Shown one piece after another: positions 1 through 8,900 of a stretch of DNA of 32,000 nt. The stretch covers positions 690,001-722,000 of the forward strand of contig NZ_LT671858.1 in assembly GCF_900083515.1 (NCBI RefSeq), written 5' to 3'. Below the pieces are notes generated by a model. That model worked only from the letters and a program-made list of their open reading frames with translations, did no database searches and was not told where the DNA came from. The stretch is from Cuniculiplasma divulgatum (GTDB lineage: Archaea > Thermoplasmatota > Thermoplasmata > Thermoplasmatales > Thermoplasmataceae). Within the stretch, counting starts at the first letter, position 1. Each line of letters begins with the position of its first letter. The position numbers were made by a program, and so were the translations under genes.

Positions 1-46
1 TCGAACCCTTATAGTTAGAATAGTAATAAATTTTAGGTTTAATGAT

Positions 47-715
47 CTATCTGATTCCCTCCAATGTTTCCATACTGGAAAGTATTTCCCAGCCTACTGT
101 CCATATGGTCAGTTCATCGTCAAATATGGAAATTGGGTTCAATTTCTTGTATACCGGACTTACAAAATCACCCTCAGAGAAACCTCCTATAAATACGCTG
201 AAATCGGTTTTCCTAGTGAATAGATTGCTTGGTTTTATTTTTGCACCCTTCGGAGAAAGTAATATGCTGTCGTAACTATCATGGATAATAGAATCCCATT
301 TTCCCTTTTCAACGTTCATTAGGATTTTTCCATCTGGTGACTCTACTTTTCCATTCCTCAATAATTTCTCCATCAAACCAATGAATCTATTATAAGACTT
401 AGGAATTCTGGTTTCCCTATTTATTCTGATGATCTCATCATTTTTAGTATGAATTATAGTTTCCAGATAGCCCAATCTGTTTAGAATGGAATCCTGAGTC
501 ACGTTCAACAGGTGATAAAATATGTCTGGCCTTCCCACTCTATTAGATTTTCCCGGAAAAGCTCTATCTATTGCACCATGCATATAATTGGAATCAAGAA
601 TCATATCTTCTGGTCTTTTGTTTCTAGTATTAGCAATCTTTCTGATCTGATAATCGTCACACATCTCCTCAGGTACGAGTTCCAGTTCTGAGTCAATAAT
701 GTTAAGTTGAAGCAT
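47..715 (-). CDS. nep1: Nep1/Emg1-type SSU rRNA pseudouridine-N1 methyltransferase (SPOUT)
   Basis: 222-aa ORF, collinear with archaeal Nep1. Motifs read in the translation: ELELVPEE near the N-terminus, VGRPDIFYHLL, RIPKSYNRFIGLMEKLL and C-terminal FIGGFSEGDF. Confidence 0.85.
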   Translation of the reverse strand: MLQLNIIDSELELVPEEMCDDYQIRKIANTRNKRPEDMILDSNYMHGAIDRAFPGKSNRVGRPDIFYHLLNVTQDSILNRLGYLETIIHTKNDEIIRINRETRIPKSYNRFIGLMEKLLRNGKVESPDGKILMNVEKGKWDSIIHDSYDSILLSPKGAKIKPSNLFTRKTDFSVFIGGFSEGDFVSPVYKKLNPISIFDDELTIWTVGWEILSSMETLEGIR

Positions 716-781
716 AAGTACCCATATGATTACATTTTAAATATGTCTTTTCTGCATTTTAGATGGAATCGCTGGGAATGA

Positions 782-789
782 TTAAAATA
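782..789 (+). promoter_or_regulatory. Putative archaeal TATA box for tRNA-His
   Basis: TTAAAATA ends 25 nt upstream of the first tRNA nucleotide (814), the usual archaeal TATA-to-start spacing. Sequence only, no expression data. Confidence 0.35.
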
Positions 790-813
790 TCTTAAAGAAT
801 TACAGTGTCACAT

Positions 814-886
814 GGCCGGGTTGGGGTAGGGGATATCCTTGGGGACTGTGGATCCCCGGACCCGGGTTCAATTCCCGGACCCGGCC
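814..886 (+). tRNA. tRNA-His (anticodon GUG) with genome-encoded G-1
   Basis: Hand-folded cloverleaf. The acceptor stem GCCGGGT (815-821) pairs with ACCCGGC (879-885). An extra 5' G at 814 pairs with discriminator C886. Anticodon stem is GGGGA/TCCCC with loop CUGUGGA (GUG at 848-850). T arm is CCGGG-TTCAATT-CCCGG, the variable loop is 4 nt, and no CCA is encoded. Confidence 0.9.
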
Positions 887-1575
887 CTTTCTTAGTAGTC
901 TGGTGTGTTTCCGGGATTTATAAAAGTAAATTAAGACATGCTATTATAAAGAGAAAGATGTGAGCATTCACAGGGATAATAAGATTAAAAAGAGAGAGGT
1001 TTTGATTGCAATAAAAGGTTGCCTCATCGAATCATATTGAATAATTTATGTTATTTCGTCATTTCCTTCCTCATGGATTAAAGGAGACTTTTCCTACGTC
1101 ACACTTTCAGACAATAGCTGACGCGTAATCTCAATAAATTTTGATCAAATAAAAGCATTGATAAATAATCGCATAGGTTCTATAATGGAATTAAGATTCC
1201 TATTCCTCGAATGCTTTTCACTATCCTCTGTCCATGACATTATAATGATGGAGTGAAGATATTTTAGTTTCTTCTAGTACAAGCATAAACGCATTTTCGA
1301 GAACCAGGGTAAAATGCCCAGATCATGGATCAAAGATTGCAAATGTCCTCTGAGAAAAGCGGAATCCAGTTTACACAGATGGATCTAAATTCTGGCATAT
1401 TAGTTAGAGACAACGAATGCTGGATTAATTCAGTTTAACTCTTCGGAGTTGATATATTCCATTCATTAGAAGAGAATAAGACATTTTATAGATGAAAATG
1501 TGACACAGATATTCAATGCGTATTGAGGTACCTTTTAATCGTTTTTTGGTGAGATCAGGAAATGAATAATTTAAA

Positions 1576-2337
1576 CTATATATTTGAAACTATCTTGATG
1601 GTTTCCAGAAGTGCAACAATTATGAAAACTGTCCCGAGGAAATAATAAATAGTCTTGTCTTTCATTCCAAGAGCTCTTTTGGCAAAATAAAGTCCAGAAA
1701 CCAGTGATACCAGACCTATAATTATCCCTCCAATTAGATCAATATCATTGATTATGAAATAAACGGCAGTTCCACTTAATGCCGAGACAAACATGGACAG
1801 TGTAGCGGTCCCCACCATGGTTTTCGCATCCAGTGAATAAAGGAGCATCATAACAGCGATAAACATTATGCCACCACTTGTTCCGAGTGTGCCAGTCATA
1901 ATCCCTATTGGTAAACTGATTAGAAACCCGAGGTAGTTCGGATGGGAAATATCACGATGTCTGATCTTTAACCCCTTTTTTGCCCGTTGGAATGACTGCT
2001 CCGCCATTATCAATGCAACTACAGTAAAGATTATCTCAAGTGGTGTGTCACTTATGAAAAGAGCAACATGCGCACCAATTTGTGCACCTATTAATGCTCC
2101 CCCTCCGAGAATTAGTCCTATGCGCCACTCAATCTTTTTTCCCTTTGTATAAATATACACTACCGAGGCAGTTGTGATTACATCAATAAACAGACTCGTA
2201 CCTACTGCAATATGAAAGGAATATCCGAGGAATGTCATGCTAGGAACAACAATTATAACCCCACTTGCACCAGTTATTCCAGTGAGTATACCTGTTATTA
2301 TCCCTATAAGGGCAAAAACCCCAATGCTTTCTATCAT
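1576..2337 (-). CDS. TauE/SafE (DUF81) family anion exporter, polytopic membrane protein
   Basis: The track ORF is 1576-2454. I trim it to the internal Met (MIESIGVFALIGIITGILTGITGASGVIIVVP), which is a typical TauE N-terminus and lies 5 nt after the stop of the upstream MFS gene (2343). The protein is Gly-rich and hydrophobic throughout. Confidence 0.75.
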   Translation of the reverse strand: MIESIGVFALIGIITGILTGITGASGVIIVVPSMTFLGYSFHIAVGTSLFIDVITTASVVYIYTKGKKIEWRIGLILGGGALIGAQIGAHVALFISDTPLEIIFTVVALIMAEQSFQRAKKGLKIRHRDISHPNYLGFLISLPIGIMTGTLGTSGGIMFIAVMMLLYSLDAKTMVGTATLSMFVSALSGTAVYFIINDIDLIGGIIIGLVSLVSGLYFAKRALGMKDKTIYYFLGTVFIIVALLETIKIVSNI

Positions 2338-2342
2338 CTTAT

Positions 2343-3587
2343 TCACCTTTTTCCTGAAGCCATAATGATTGAATCTGGGCTTTTCCTCAACTTCAACATG
2401 CTTATTATTCCTATAAGCGGTCCAAGACTCAACAATGAAAATGCATATCTCCACCCAACAATAGGGATTATATAACCAATAAGGTTAATTGACCCAACAG
2501 TCAGGAGAAATCCGACAGCCATCTGGAAGGTAAGTGCACTACCAACATATTCACTGGGGGCAAGCTCTGTTACGGCAGTTGAAAACTGTGCTGAATCTGA
2601 TATTACAGTTATCCCCCAAATAAATGCAACCGCAAAGGTAATGATCGGAATATCACCAAATGTAATTCCAATTATCACTGCACACAATCCGCTTATGAGC
2701 ATTGAGCCTGCTGTCTCAGCAGTTCTTCCAATTTTATCTGCAATATGCCCCCCAATGACAGCACCTATTATTCCAGCAACTCCTATAGATACGAAGGAGG
2801 CAATCGTGGAATATTCTAATAGGGATTGACCAGTGAAATAATCATTCCAACTGAGATACAAAAAGGTCGGTAACCATGTCCACATGGCATAAAGTTCCCA
2901 CATATGACCAAAATATCCGACATTATCATACATCAATGACCTGTTTTTTATAATTTTTGAAACACTACTCAATTTAAACTTTTGTGTTCTGATACTTATT
3001 GGCGCATCATGAAATGTTATGATTGAAATTATTGCCGCGATAAATGCTAAACCCGAGCTTATCATAATCAGTGTGTTCCATGTTCCTGCAAAAGCTAGGC
3101 CTACGACAAATTCTGGAAGCGCCGATCCGAGTGTCAGTCCACCTATTAAAATGCCTATGGCCAATCCTCTTCTCTTCGGGAACCATAAGGATATAAACTG
3201 TACTGCAACCGGATATATTCCCGCGAGGAACATGCCCGTGAGGAATCGAAGTATAAATCCAAGTATAACTATGTGCACTTCGAATACAAAGAGCAAATTA
3301 AAAACCGATGCCAGAACCGCAGATGCTGGAAATAAAAAACGAGGATTTACTCTGTCCTGTATTCCGAATATTGCGCTTAACATTGCCCCAACAACGAATC
3401 CTATCTGAACAGATGCTGTAATCCAGGGCACCTGAAAAGGAGAAAGTTTCATAACGGTAGCAAGAGTACTCGACACTGCCGAGGCGCTAAACCATAGACT
3501 CATTGCAAGAACTTCCGCGATAGTTACCCAGATCAGTATTCCTCCATGTTTGGTTATGTGTTTTTTCATTTTATCCAATCTTGACAT
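2343..3587 (-). CDS. MFS transporter, about 12 TM
   Basis: 414-aa ORF with continuous TM-helix periodicity and a loop motif PKRRGLAIGI between TMs. Substrate is not assignable. Confidence 0.8.
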   Translation of the reverse strand: MSRLDKMKKHITKHGGILIWVTIAEVLAMSLWFSASAVSSTLATVMKLSPFQVPWITASVQIGFVVGAMLSAIFGIQDRVNPRFLFPASAVLASVFNLLFVFEVHIVILGFILRFLTGMFLAGIYPVAVQFISLWFPKRRGLAIGILIGGLTLGSALPEFVVGLAFAGTWNTLIMISSGLAFIAAIISIITFHDAPISIRTQKFKLSSVSKIIKNRSLMYDNVGYFGHMWELYAMWTWLPTFLYLSWNDYFTGQSLLEYSTIASFVSIGVAGIIGAVIGGHIADKIGRTAETAGSMLISGLCAVIIGITFGDIPIITFAVAFIWGITVISDSAQFSTAVTELAPSEYVGSALTFQMAVGFLLTVGSINLIGYIIPIVGWRYAFSLLSLGPLIGIISMLKLRKSPDSIIMASGKR

Positions 3588-3832
3588 TTTGTTAAATGTC
3601 GGTAAAAGGGATTAGTAGAAAATATTCTTAGCGGCCTTCTTTTGCTAAACTTCAAACGAGTTATTAGTGGTTCGGATTGAAGAATTTGTCTATTTTTTCT
3701 TAAATTAGTCATATACGTCTAAATGTGAATTATTAAAGGACTAATAAATGGGATAGAACGAAATTCTGAACCTAGTTTAACAAATTAAATTAGCACAGGT
3801 AAATAATTCCTCATAATAGATTTAACCTATCG

Positions 3833-4189
3833 TTATAAGTTTGCGTAACAATTGTACTCAATCCATTTAAACAACGGAATGAGATTTTCTCTAAGTTCAT
3901 TCCCGCTACTTGTTAGTGAATATTTAACAGAAACGGGACGTGAATTCATGACCTTTCTCTTAATAATGCCCGTATATTCCATTTCCTTGAGTCTCATTGA
4001 AAGAAGATTTGATCGGGGACAGCCTACTGACTTCTTTATGTCATTAAAACTCATCTCAGTATTATTTCCAAGAATCCCAATAATCAACAATGTATATTTC
4101 TTACCAAGAATCTTGAGTACTTCCTCAGACTTTGTTATACAGATTGTTTCACCATTATGCATTATGATGACATTGTTATGGTTCGACAT
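3833..4189 (-). CDS. HxlR-type winged-helix transcriptional regulator
   Basis: ILGKKYTLLIIGIL..FNDIKKSV..CPRSNLLSMRLKEMEYTGIIKRK...VKYSLTSSG matches the HxlR/MarR-like wHTH layout. I chose ATG 4189, which is preceded by GGGAG; the track uses an alternative GTG at 4204. Confidence 0.7.
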   Translation of the reverse strand: MSNHNNVIIMHNGETICITKSEEVLKILGKKYTLLIIGILGNNTEMSFNDIKKSVGCPRSNLLSMRLKEMEYTGIIKRKVMNSRPVSVKYSLTSSGNELRENLIPLFKWIEYNCYANL

Positions 4190-5699
4190 TTGAATTTCTC
4201 CCACATGCCATCATGATAGTATACTTCATAAGGTTTGAGAATTCTGAACAATGCCGAAAAATTCTCGAACATAACAATAATACCATAAAAATTGATTAAG
4301 CGTGAAGAGTTGGAAAGTACCAGAGCATATCTTCTTCACGCCATGAAGTTCTCAGTGAAAAAAACAGCACAATAAATGAATCAGTTTCTTTAATAATGGA
4401 ATATAGAAATTAGAAAGCTCCAATTTTAAATTACTTACTTGGCAATATCTCCTTGAAAAGTTTATTCATACTAGAGAATTTGTTAAATCATGTGGCCTAT
4501 AGCATAATATTTATAATTTTTTAACCTCAATTAACATCTTTATCGTATAAGTTCTTGATTCAGGAGATTAAGTTGTATTACGGTCAACACCAATGTAAGT
4601 TTCAGATTTTATTATAGTATTCTCTGGAACATTCATGGGAATTTATGTAAAATCCCTGTCAAACTCGATCTGGTGTAAATTCTCAATATCATTCCGAACT
4701 GATAATTTATGGCAAAGTAAGAGATGGTACAGTTATTATCATGTCTTCACGATTGAGCTTGATCCCCTGTGCCGATATGATCGGCTTTACGCTTTTAACT
4801 TTCCTAACATTTTCGCTTCTTAAGCATTTCCTTAAAATTTAGTTGGATATCACTTAACTCAAATCAAATTGTTTGACATCTCTTGATTAGAAGGGTCCTG
4901 TGATTTATGATAAACTGTACTATCTGTGTTTCCTTGCTAAGCTCAAAGGCCAATCCTTTCCATGACGGGCATTATATACCAATATGGTACATTACTCTGG
5001 TCCTCTATAGATTTCCTGACAATTTCAAGCGGCAAGGCCATAACAGTTGATATAAACTTGGAATGTGTCCGCAGTGCTGGAAGTTTTCTCTTCAAAGGAA
5101 GAAATTTGTTCATAGGTCGAAAGAGATATATCCATTTGTCCTGCTAATCATATGAAATATACCTATCTTCGGATTAACATCAAATAGAAGATTCACATGA
5201 TCTCAGACGACCTCCATTTCAGGTATTTTATATCTGTAATCATCTTGTTTTTCAAGAATAAGCCGCTTCAGCTTTTCATTAACTGGCGTATTTAAAGCAC
5301 TTCGTCTGTAGATAGGCAGAATAACACACAATATTGGCAACTGTATGATGTGTGCAGGTCATCTATTATGCATTAGAAAAATAACAAACCATATAACATA
5401 TTAAAACACTTAAAAGAAAACTAGAACATTTGGCCTATAATAAATAGATAAACTCCTAGTTTAATAATATAAAGCATCTATGACGGTATATTAACCGTAG
5501 TTGTGTTAAACAAAATAAGCGTTGGAGAGTGAAATTTAGGAACCAACTCCAACCTCCAAATTATGATAAATGCATTACATTCCAATTTCATTTGATAGAT
5601 ATTAATTTTATTATAACTATTTCTAAAACTGATGTTTGGATTATTAAGGAAACAGAAATCAGACGATATTGTAAAATATTATTTTACAATATACCAAAA

Positions 5700-7010
5700 T
5701 TGGAAAAAATAGATTTTGAAAATGTGGTTCTATCTAAGAGGATTTGGGTCATAACAATCCTCTCTTCAATGGGTGTCTTTATGGATGGATATGCGCTTTC
5801 TATATTCTCCAGTGCATATATTTATCTTAAATACAGTTTCTTAAGTGTTTCTATAATTACATCCATAGCAGCATCTTCCATCTATATAGGAATGTTTGTT
5901 GGAAGTATAGTATTAGGAAGATTATCAGACCTGCTAGGTAGAAAGAGAATTTATGTGTATGATTTACTCATCACAGCGATTTTTCTCATACTTACGGGTA
6001 TTTCTCACAATTTCATAGAATTTGTGGCGTTCCAAATTCTGGCAGGATTGGGGATAGGTGCAGACTATCCTATTAGCTCATCTATTCAAGCCGAATTTTC
6101 ACCAAAGAAAACTAGGGGGAAACTGTTAGTTTTCAACATATTCTCATGGACATTTGGTTCTATTGCATTCTATTTAATTTCAATACCCATCGTTATGTTT
6201 TTTGGAGATGTTTCATGGAGAATTATGTACATTACCGGTGCCGTAATTCCATTAATTGTAATCATCTCCAGAAGAAATATACCAGAAAGTCCCTACTGGT
6301 TAATGCTGAACAGGTCTGAAGAAGAGGCAGAGACTGTAGTTAATGAAGTTAAGTCAGTGAACACTAAGGAGATAGTTTCACCTCCATCTGTACAAAGGGG
6401 GGAGCCAGAAATGAGGGGGAAGAATGGTGTATACCGGCTGATCCTTTTCACATCCGTAGCGTGGTTCTGCTATGACGTGGCAAGTTATGGTGTCTGGAAT
6501 TATACACCTTCCCTTTTTATTCAGGAAGGTTCGTCTTACGTAGCAACAATTCTCTCAACACTGCTTGAAGAGATTCCAGTTTTCGCTGGTACAATTGTGT
6601 GTCTTCTAGCAATTGATAAGGTAGGAAGAAAAAAACTGGAATCTGCGGGATTTCTTCTCGCCGGAATTTCACTTATTGTCTTTGGCGTCATATCATTCCA
6701 CTCAGTGCTTCCATTCTTTATGATATTCTCAGCATTTGCTTTAATGCATTTCTTCCACAACACAGGGCCAACAAATATAACCTATCTATATCCAGCAGAA
6801 ATATTTCCAACTAGGATCAGAGGAACAGCCATGGGAGTTTCAACTGCTGCTTCACGATTGGGAGCCATACTTGGAGTGTTTGCCTTTCCAATCCTTATAA
6901 GTGGATTGAACATAACCTATGGTCTTCTTTTCTTTGCTATCTTCGAGATAATTGGCTTTGGTTTTACAGTGGTTCTGGCTCCAGAAACCAGAGGTAAATC
7001 GCTATCCTGA
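5700..7010 (+). CDS. MFS sugar-porter-family metabolite:H+ symporter
   Basis: Signatures: GRLSDLLGRKR (MFS motif A), PESPYWL (sugar-porter signature) and PAEIFPTRIRG. The track ORF starts at GTG 5529, but the first 57 codons are non-transporter-like. I place the start at in-frame TTG 5700 (MEKIDFENV..), so the start is uncertain. Confidence 0.75.
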   Translation: MEKIDFENVVLSKRIWVITILSSMGVFMDGYALSIFSSAYIYLKYSFLSVSIITSIAASSIYIGMFVGSIVLGRLSDLLGRKRIYVYDLLITAIFLILTGISHNFIEFVAFQILAGLGIGADYPISSSIQAEFSPKKTRGKLLVFNIFSWTFGSIAFYLISIPIVMFFGDVSWRIMYITGAVIPLIVIISRRNIPESPYWLMLNRSEEEAETVVNEVKSVNTKEIVSPPSVQRGEPEMRGKNGVYRLILFTSVAWFCYDVASYGVWNYTPSLFIQEGSSYVATILSTLLEEIPVFAGTIVCLLAIDKVGRKKLESAGFLLAGISLIVFGVISFHSVLPFFMIFSAFALMHFFHNTGPTNITYLYPAEIFPTRIRGTAMGVSTAASRLGAILGVFAFPILISGLNITYGLLFFAIFEIIGFGFTVVLAPETRGKSLS

Positions 7011-7087
7011 GCCAATACTACTTGAATCATATCTCGTTTAACAAACACTTTCTAGTAATTTGGCTCTTGAAGCCCGTTTATACCAAA

Positions 7088-7095
7088 TTTAAATA
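7088..7095 (+). promoter_or_regulatory. Putative TATA box upstream of the rps8e-srp19 unit, with Shine-Dalgarno AGGTGA at 7132-7137
   Basis: TTTAAATA lies 47 nt upstream of the TTG start. AGGTGA lies 5 nt upstream of the start and is complementary to the archaeal 16S 3' end. Confidence 0.3.
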
Positions 7096-7141
7096 GAAAA
7101 ACTTTAAAACCTTTTAGCTATGTGGAAAAAAAGGTGAAACA

Positions 7142-7519
7142 TTGGGTCGATTTCAGGGTAGATCATCTAAAAAATTTACAGGTGGAAGATACAAACAATA
7201 CAGAGCAAAGAGAAGATCGGAGATAGGTAGGGAACCTACATTTACGAGAGTGAATCCAACTCAGAGGAAAGTTCTCAGGATAAGAGGAGGCAATCTTAAG
7301 GCAGCTTTGTTGAATGATAATTTTGCAAACGTGTATGATTCAAAACAGAAGAAAACAACAAAATCACAAATCAAAACTGTTAAAGCGAATCCAGCAAACC
7401 CACACTATGTACAGAGAAACCTAATGAACAAAGGAACTATTATAGTAACAGAATTAGGCGAAGCAAGGATTACTTCAAGACCAGGACAGGACGGAGTTAT
7501 TAACGCTGTTCTTCTATGA
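7142..7519 (+). CDS. rps8e: 30S ribosomal protein S8e
   Basis: The 125-aa product starts MGRFQGRSSKKFTGGRYKQYRAKRR, a typical S8e N-terminus. It uses a TTG start, and its TGA stop overlaps the next ATG (ATGA at 7516-7519). Confidence 0.9.
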   Translation: MGRFQGRSSKKFTGGRYKQYRAKRRSEIGREPTFTRVNPTQRKVLRIRGGNLKAALLNDNFANVYDSKQKKTTKSQIKTVKANPANPHYVQRNLMNKGTIIVTELGEARITSRPGQDGVINAVLL

Positions 7520-7767
7520 AAGTAACTTTATATTCCCAATATTTTAACCCAAAAAATAGTAGAAGGCTGGGTAGGAAGATACCCTTAGAAGCAGCCAAGA
7601 AGTTCTCTGATCAAAAATTGCAGGATATCCTTAAAACACTTCGTATAGATTATGAAATAAAGGAGGGCTATTATCCAAGGGTACCCTATGAAAAATGCAA
7701 TATATACAATATTGAGAGTAACCTCAAGAAAGGAACCGTTATAAAGATGATAGAAAGAAAGCTATAA
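7516..7767 (+). CDS. srp19: Signal recognition particle protein SRP19
   Basis: 83 aa. YSQYFNPKNSRRLGRKIPLEAA is the SRP19 hallmark (compare YFD...SR.eGRR.p). It is translationally coupled to rps8e. Confidence 0.85.
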   Translation: MKVTLYSQYFNPKNSRRLGRKIPLEAAKKFSDQKLQDILKTLRIDYEIKEGYYPRVPYEKCNIYNIESNLKKGTVIKMIERKL

Positions 7768-7768
7768 T

Positions 7769-8755
7769 CTATTTTTTTGCCTTTTTCTTCATTTTGTAGT
7801 AGGTTAGTGGATGAGTCATAAATTCTTTATGACATAGTTCGTCATTATCCCAGTAGCACAGGTGATTTGACCTAAGTGTAACACATTTTGGTGGGGAATA
7901 CTTTGTTCCGGATATCTCTCCAATTATGTGTCTAACCTGATATTCAGTAACTTTCTTGCTGAAATCAGGAACTGTTCCAAATGATTCTATTATTCCCTGT
8001 TCATTCATTCCTATATTGTTCAGAAATGAAACAACAGTGAACCTTGCAAGATGTGGCAGGTTAACACCCCCTTTGATATCATTTAGAAAATGTATAATGC
8101 ATGGTGGGAAGCAAGATGAATCAACACCTCCAAGATCAGTGGATTTACTTTGTTCCTTGAGAATGGACCTTATTTCTTCTATTCTATCACTAAATGGTAG
8201 AAATAACTCTCTTGCCCTATCTGGGTCTATAGCTGAGGTTTCTTCTCTAAGCTGAACGGCAAAATACTCTCTCAGCATCTTTATAACTGCATTTTTCCCT
8301 ATTATTACGTCGCCTCCATAGAAGGACTGAAAGGTTAGCCTGTACTCAAATCCTGAGATCCTCGAACAGTATTTCGTGAACTCAAATATTGGTACCTTAA
8401 ATTGATTGATCTCTCTATCGTATGTAATAGATATACCAAATTCAGCTGATTTTAACTCTATCTCACTATTTTCCATTGAATCTAGATAATGCTCATATGA
8501 TTCCCTGCATGAATTTATGAACCTGTTGGAAAATACTGGATAATTAATGGACTTCATTACGAACGGCAGAAGTAATTTCCATTCATTGTACTTATTCCAT
8601 TCCAGTCCTCTGATCTTAAAATTCTTCGATTTTAACTGTTCATCAATGTTATCTAAAATCCTGAATACTATGTCAACATACTCTTCATTCCGGTCGTTAA
8701 ACTCATTGATCATCCCATTTACTTCGTTATATGGAATGTTTTCAGGGTCTAACAT
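7769..8755 (-). CDS. priL: DNA primase large (regulatory) subunit PriL
   Basis: 328 aa. The C-terminal Fe-S cluster domain has CFPPCI...LPHLARFTVVSFL and PPKCVTLRSNHLCYWDNDELC. It is convergent with srp19, with stops 1 nt apart. Confidence 0.8.
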   Translation of the reverse strand: MLDPENIPYNEVNGMINEFNDRNEEYVDIVFRILDNIDEQLKSKNFKIRGLEWNKYNEWKLLLPFVMKSINYPVFSNRFINSCRESYEHYLDSMENSEIELKSAEFGISITYDREINQFKVPIFEFTKYCSRISGFEYRLTFQSFYGGDVIIGKNAVIKMLREYFAVQLREETSAIDPDRARELFLPFSDRIEEIRSILKEQSKSTDLGGVDSSCFPPCIIHFLNDIKGGVNLPHLARFTVVSFLNNIGMNEQGIIESFGTVPDFSKKVTEYQVRHIIGEISGTKYSPPKCVTLRSNHLCYWDNDELCHKEFMTHPLTYYKMKKKAKK

Positions 8756-8900
8756 AAATACACTTAAGTTAAAAATGGAATTTAATCTTATTGAAAAAGG
8801 AATATCATATCTGGTAATGAAAGCTTATATTTTATTTTGATTTTTTTGAATAAATCTAGTTTCCGGTAAATATGATCAATGTTAAGATGGTCTTTTTCAT

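Noticed and set aside
1122-1469. TnpB (IS200/IS605 OrfB) pseudogene call
   Set aside because: Motif spacing is wrong: only 8 codons lie between the putative RuvC-II Glu and the YK motif, and there is no proper CxxC zinc finger. The resemblance rests on a few residues. I kept it only as a low-interest note, not as a feature.
3019-3408. Antisense or shadow ORFs inside real genes (for example 42-275, 2212-2475, 2641-2829, 3019-3408, 3852-4193, 6536-6763, 7956-8255, 8547-8840, 9188-9436, 10054-10395, 10405-10671, 10867-11210, 13664-14068, 16338-16722, 22145-22438, 23174-23673, 24015-24393, 24457-24684, 25302-25781, 26705-27010, 27388-27681, 27802-28400, 28798-29058, 29622-29825, 30394-30666, 30926-31205, 31539-31802)
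   Set aside because: Each lies wholly within or opposite a longer ORF with clear family signatures and has a low-complexity or odd composition. They are typical of non-coding frames in AT-rich DNA.
4635-5147. Short plus-strand ORFs 4635-4823 and 4962-5147, and also 11838-12089 (minus strand) and 12560-12754 (minus strand)
   Set aside because: No family resemblance, no ribosome-binding or promoter context, and a location in decayed or intergenic DNA or antisense to the IS110 remnant. I treat them as chance ORFs.
5529-5699. N-terminal extensions of track ORFs (5529-5699 for the sugar porter, 17086-17274 for arcS, 2338-2454 for TauE)
   Set aside because: The extended residues are unlike the respective families, overlap neighbouring genes or IS remnants, and better internal starts exist (TTG 5700, GTG 17275, ATG 2337).
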